64,000 nucleotides of DNA, from contig JASANG010000424.1 in NCBI GenBank assembly GCA_030248215.1, positions 248,001 through 312,000 of the forward strand. The letters run 5' to 3'. The position numbers and the translations under genes were made by a program. This DNA is from Enoplolaimus lenunculus. Lineage: Eukaryota. The notes below the pieces were generated by a model, which was not told where the DNA came from, searched no databases, and saw nothing but the letters and a program-made list of their open reading frames with translations. Every line of letters starts with the position of its first letter. The stretch's first letter is position 1. Below are positions 60,001 to 64,000 of this stretch, piece by piece.

Positions 60001-62488
60001 TTAACCCCTTTCTCACATGAATATATTCAAACTCATTTGTTAATACATTGTTTCAAGCTATGATACAAACCTCAGTCTCCCGAGTGTTGTCGTTTACGAT
60101 GACCAATCAGCTATAGGAGCTTGACAGCTCGAGTCCGAGAGCGCTCTCGCGTCTGGCACAGATATATTGCCCTGTGTATATGCGTAATATTTGTTGTACA
60201 TTACGCGTTGTGTACTATTTCGCGAAGCGCAGTTTGAAATAATGTTGTTCAGTGTGTACTCTATGTGAGAAGGGGTTAAATTTAGGCAAAGGCTTTGGTA
60301 AGCGTTTCCAAAACAAGCTTGAAATCTCGGTTCGGCAACTGTACACTGTAAATTTCAGTGAGTTGATTTTAACTCAGAATGAGTTGAATCACTCAGTCTG
60401 AGTTAGGACTATCAGAACTCAGAATTTTGAGTTGATTCATTTCATTCTGAGTTAATTAACCAACCCGCCCAGAGTCAATTCAACTCAGCCTGAGAATCAA
60501 ATCAACTCAGAGTGAGTTAATGTTTACTGATATTAATTCAGAAATAATCAACTCGCTAGCTGAATTGATTAATCAACTCATTTGAATTTACAGTGTAGCA
60601 GACGTCTACTTTGCATTTGTTCCAGCACGAAACGGTTGCAGTTGATGAATATGGTCACGCTGACCGGCCAATGTCTTACTATGGTGAATGCATCGATTCG
60701 GCCAATGAAACCTCGGCTTCGATAGATTTCAGTAGGTGATAGAAGAATGCCCTACTGTAGTCAGCAGGATGTAACCAGATACACCGTAAATTCCACTGAG
60801 TTGATTTTAACTCAGAATGAGTTGAATTACTCAGTCTGTAGTTAAGACTATCAGAGCTCAGAATTTTGAGTTGATTGAATTTATTCTGAGTTAATTAATC
60901 AAGTCACCACCAAGAATCAATTCAACTAAGAGTGAGAATCAACTCAACTGAGAGTGAGTTAATGTTTACTGATATTTAGTTCAGAAATAACTAACTCGCT
61001 AGCTGAATCGATTACTGAACTCATGGGATTTACAGTGTGTATATATATTTAAGCATAACTTAAGTAAATACTGAAGTAAGTTTTTACATATCCAGTTTTG
61101 CATTAACAGGGCCGAACTTCAAATTTTTGATGCGATATTCAGCTTTCAACGGATAAATGAATTACCTTCTACAAAGAGTATTTCTTCTATTTTGGAACAC
61201 AACAAGGGAGACAACTAAGCCAAGGGGACACTATAGAGCTCACTCCCTTATTAATATTTTGCCATCCTAAAAGTTCTATGCACCACTTATGAGTCGCCTG
61301 TAAGCTTCGCATGCCACTTGTGTAATATTTTGGGCTTCCTAGCCTGCTAAGCAGCCTACGAGACTAAAAATGAAAAGAAACTGAACGAATTTTGAAATGG
61401 TCGGAAACTTGAAACACGTTTGAAAAGAGTTCTGTCGTGTCTAATATTCGTGACAGGCTTAGTCTTAGATCCATTTCTGTTCTGCACCCTGAGTTTAAAA
61501 TGTAAAACTTTTAAAAGTTAAAAAATTTAAATTTGAATATTTCAGACCGTCAAAAACAGCAATACTCATCGATGCGTCTTGCACGATCGCCTTCATCCAG
61601 CGGAACCGAACTGTCAATCATTCACCGAGTCATACCTGGTTCGCGACCCGCGATCCAACATTCAGAACCGGAAGTCGACACGTCAGCCCAAGCGTTCGGT
61701 TCACGGCATCGCCAAACTGTGGTTCGATTTGCTCAAACTGAAGCTCAACAACGTCACGGCAACTTAATTATTGAACCAATTCGTATTATTGGAGACGCAA
61801 GACCAAGACGCAAAGTCCAACTGCACGTAAAATCAGATGAAGTTGACCAAAACGAGGAGCGGCAACATCAAACGGTCGGTAGAGATCATAGACAACGCGC
61901 TCAATCGATGGAACCAAACGATGACGTCATTATTTGTCCCGACAAAAATCAAAATGACGTCATCCTAAATCGCAGCGTACCTAATGGACGAGACAATAAA
62001 CATGGTGTGAAATATACTTTACAAACGAACAATGAACTACACCAGACAAACGTTAAAGATAAACTTACTGACACAAACCGGAAACGTGATCGACGAAATA
62101 CGAATAAACATGGTGTGAATGATAGTTTACAAACCTACAACGGAGACAAGCCGGTAGATAAACATGTTGTAGCAGATATTTTAAATCAATCGAGTGGACG
62201 TCAATCGCCAATTGAAAAACTACAGCCGACAGACAGAAAATCGCACAGATCTGCGTTGAAAATTGACACAATTAATCTTTCCCATGGCACCGAAAAACGT
62301 GGTTCAACTAATATTTCAACTCCGAAATCTCCTCAATTTGTATCGCGACCGCTCAGTTCAAAACATCGTCAGTCACAGCCTGAAAAGCATTCGAAAAGCA
62401 AAGGTTACAAAAAATCCGAATCTGCAAACGCAACTGGACCACTGGACCGGATGCTTGGATTTTTTCGGAGACATTCGCCTGATCGGAA
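48021..62488 (+). CDS. SVIL: Supervillin-like protein, disordered N-terminal region (partial); exons 48021-52219, optional 53629-53739, 55130-56400, 56783-56940, 58978-59043, 60626-60683, 61546-62488
   Basis: Phase-consistent GT-AG chain. The spliced segment DELTKLTIGEKMKLFE...SRYKSQAVTS|EEIHAAS and NVSAKATLFE resemble the recurring supervillin N-terminal motifs (KLSVAAKRLLF; TQPITTEEV). Gelsolin repeats and headpiece are not in the window, and the start codon is not located. Confidence 0.6.
50428..50934 (+). repeat. Coding minisatellite, 114-bp / 38-aa unit, about 4.4 copies
   Basis: SVPAVDTKSIGKMSRDAVTQSTINQKPRKSITDTVATA repeated with near-identical DNA. Confidence 0.95.
56971..57396. mobile_element. 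MITE family A, full copy in opposite orientation, intronic
   Basis: Same TIRs and TA flanks as 98-462. Confidence 0.85.
57591..57811. mobile_element. MITE (TWA flanks, Harbinger-like); fragments near 29737, 34110, 44417, 58247
   Basis: gtattctcaaatgtgtatagcatctat / atagatgctattcacatttgagaatac inverted ends. Confidence 0.65.
59166..59478. mobile_element. Foldback MITE with GGCCTGGCCACAAAATA termini
   Basis: Long imperfect inverted arms built from cgttgacc.tacctcaacg subrepeats. Confidence 0.85.
60005..60275. mobile_element. piggyBac-like MITE, diverged member of the same family
   Basis: ttaa|cccctttctcaca...tgtgagaagggg|ttaa; shares cagctataggagcttgac..ctcgag. Confidence 0.8.
60344..60595. 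mobile_element. MITE family C (CACTG termini, 2-bp TA flanks; EnSpm/CACTA-like)
   Basis: CACTGTAAATT...AATTTACAGTG with internal actcag/tgagtt repeats. Other copies at 15706-16019, about 21443-21758, 33024-33277, 42076-42328 and about 42491-42741. Confidence 0.85.
60782..61037. mobile_element. MITE family C
   Basis: Same termini and body as 60344-60595, same orientation. Confidence 0.85.
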
Positions 62489-62827
62489 GTAAGCATTCAG
62501 TACAAAAAATATATTTTAAATTTTTTGAAATTTTAGAATGATAGGACGTGAGCGTAGCCATCGGAGCTGAGTCCAGCCCGAAAAATTTTGGTCTCCTTGA
62601 AAAATTTTCATTCTTGAATGTAAAGGTTTCAAAAATTCTTGTATGTCCTCCTGAAAAAACCCTCTCCCTGTCAAGAGGACCTGGCTACGAGCGTGGGATT
62701 AGATTCTGTCGACACCGGAGATGCGATGGACCGGATACTTTATCAATCGTCGGTGCAGGTATAGTTGTTGGTGGTATTTACACGAGCCGTACAAAGCCTT
62801 TAGCCTTAAGATTAAATATGAGAGAAG

Positions 62828-63013
62828 GGCCCATGTATAGAACAGGGCCGGAACAGTAATATAAGCATATTCCTAAGCCTAAGCCTAAACCTAAGCGTAA
62901 GGATGAGCCTATTCCTAAGCCTAAGCCTAAGCAAAAAAATTTAGTCTAAAGCTTAAACTGACTCTATTATAGCCCCTCCGGAAAACGATCCGACCCTGTT
63001 CTATACATGGGCC
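62828..63013. mobile_element. MITE family B
   Basis: TIR ggcccatgtatagaacagg / cctgttctatacatgggcc; TSD gagagaag/tagagaag. Confidence 0.85.
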
Positions 63014-63546
63014 TAGAGAAGTAAGAGCCATTTAAGCCCATAAGATGACTGGCTCATGTTACCTTTAATACCGTAATATAGTCGATTAAACAATATATAT
63101 TGGCATATTCGTGAGCCTAGGTCTAAGCAGAAAAAATGTAGTCTAAAATCTAAGCCTACTCTACTACAGTATCACCTTAACCCCGGGCCGGTCCTAACAA
63201 ACTTTACATGGACCTGGGTGACTAATCTAATTGTTATCAAGCATCTGCCTACCACTTTGCGATGTACACTAAATATTTAAATGTTCACTATTCAGTTGTG
63301 CTCAATATTTTGCGTTCAAAATTCAACGAAACATATTGAAATTTTTAAAATTATATCACAACTGGGTTTGTATTCTCAAAACTTCAAAAACAGCTTTGCT
63401 CTATTCACAATTGCCGTTCTCGAGTCGATATGTGTCATGTAATCAAATCAAGTTGTATACATATTTTATAATGTTTTTCAATATATATATTTTCAGGCAT
63501 GTAGGGTATTACGTGGTACGCGGAGGGTTAGTGGTCACTAAGATGC

Positions 63547-63800
63547 TTTGAAAAATGATTTTTTGCCAAATTTTTTTGAAAACTGATTTTTTGTTAAATT
63601 TTTTTGAAAACTGATTTTTTGCCAATTTTTTTGAAAAATGATTTTTTGCCAAATTTTTTTGAAAACTGATTTTTTGTTAAATTTTTTTGAAAACTGATTT
63701 TTTGTTAAATTTTTTTGAAAACTGATTTTTTGTTAAATTTTTTTGAAAACTGATTTTTTGTTAAATTTTTTTGAAAACTGATTTTTTGCCAAATTTTTAT
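63547..63800. repeat. T-rich minisatellite (tttttttgaaaactgattttttgttaaa-like, about 9 copies)
   Basis: Direct reading. Confidence 0.9.
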
Positions 63801-64000
63801 TAAGCTCTATTGGTACAGTTTGGGGTTCTGTGAAGAAATAATAGTTGATTAAAATAAAGATTTTTCAAAATTAACTTTGTAAAATTTGTTTCTGATCTGG
63901 TTGCGTTCAGGAAGTTTTTTGAATTGCAAAGTTTTAGCGTAGCAAATCAGGCAAAATTTTTAGGTTTACGGTTTAGTCTTAAGTTTCTGGTCCTTAAGCG

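Overview
AT-rich eukaryotic (metazoan) genomic DNA with GT-AG introns. TTTCAG-type acceptors and abundant TTAGGC-like arrays suggest a nematode (inference only). Genes I can support: (1) a 3-exon UBE2Z ubiquitin-conjugating enzyme (6220-7954, +); (2) a convergent 3-exon gene for a 161-aa fascin-like beta-trefoil protein with one repeat per exon (14380-12002, -); (3) a multi-exon, roughly 1500-aa disordered polyglutamine protein (26261 to about 36336, +); (4) the disordered N-terminal part of a supervillin-like gene (48021 to past the window end, +), possibly the same transcription unit as (3). Introns and intergenic DNA are full of non-autonomous DNA transposons (MITEs) from several superfamilies, and some carry internal tRNA-like Pol III cassettes. 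The most unusual structure is at 13.9-23.8 kb. A 2.1-kb host segment (upstream region plus exon 1 of the beta-trefoil gene) is directly repeated around a 3.65-kb foreign insert. The insert reads like PPT-[TG...CA]-PBS(tRNA-iMet) on the + strand and hides a spliced minus-strand gene for a 168-aa protein with a PAM2 motif. A second duplication with a templated insert sits next to it. No gag/pol, transposase, CRISPR, rRNA or clearly functional tRNA gene is visible. Exon models were read by eye and are not transcript-validated.
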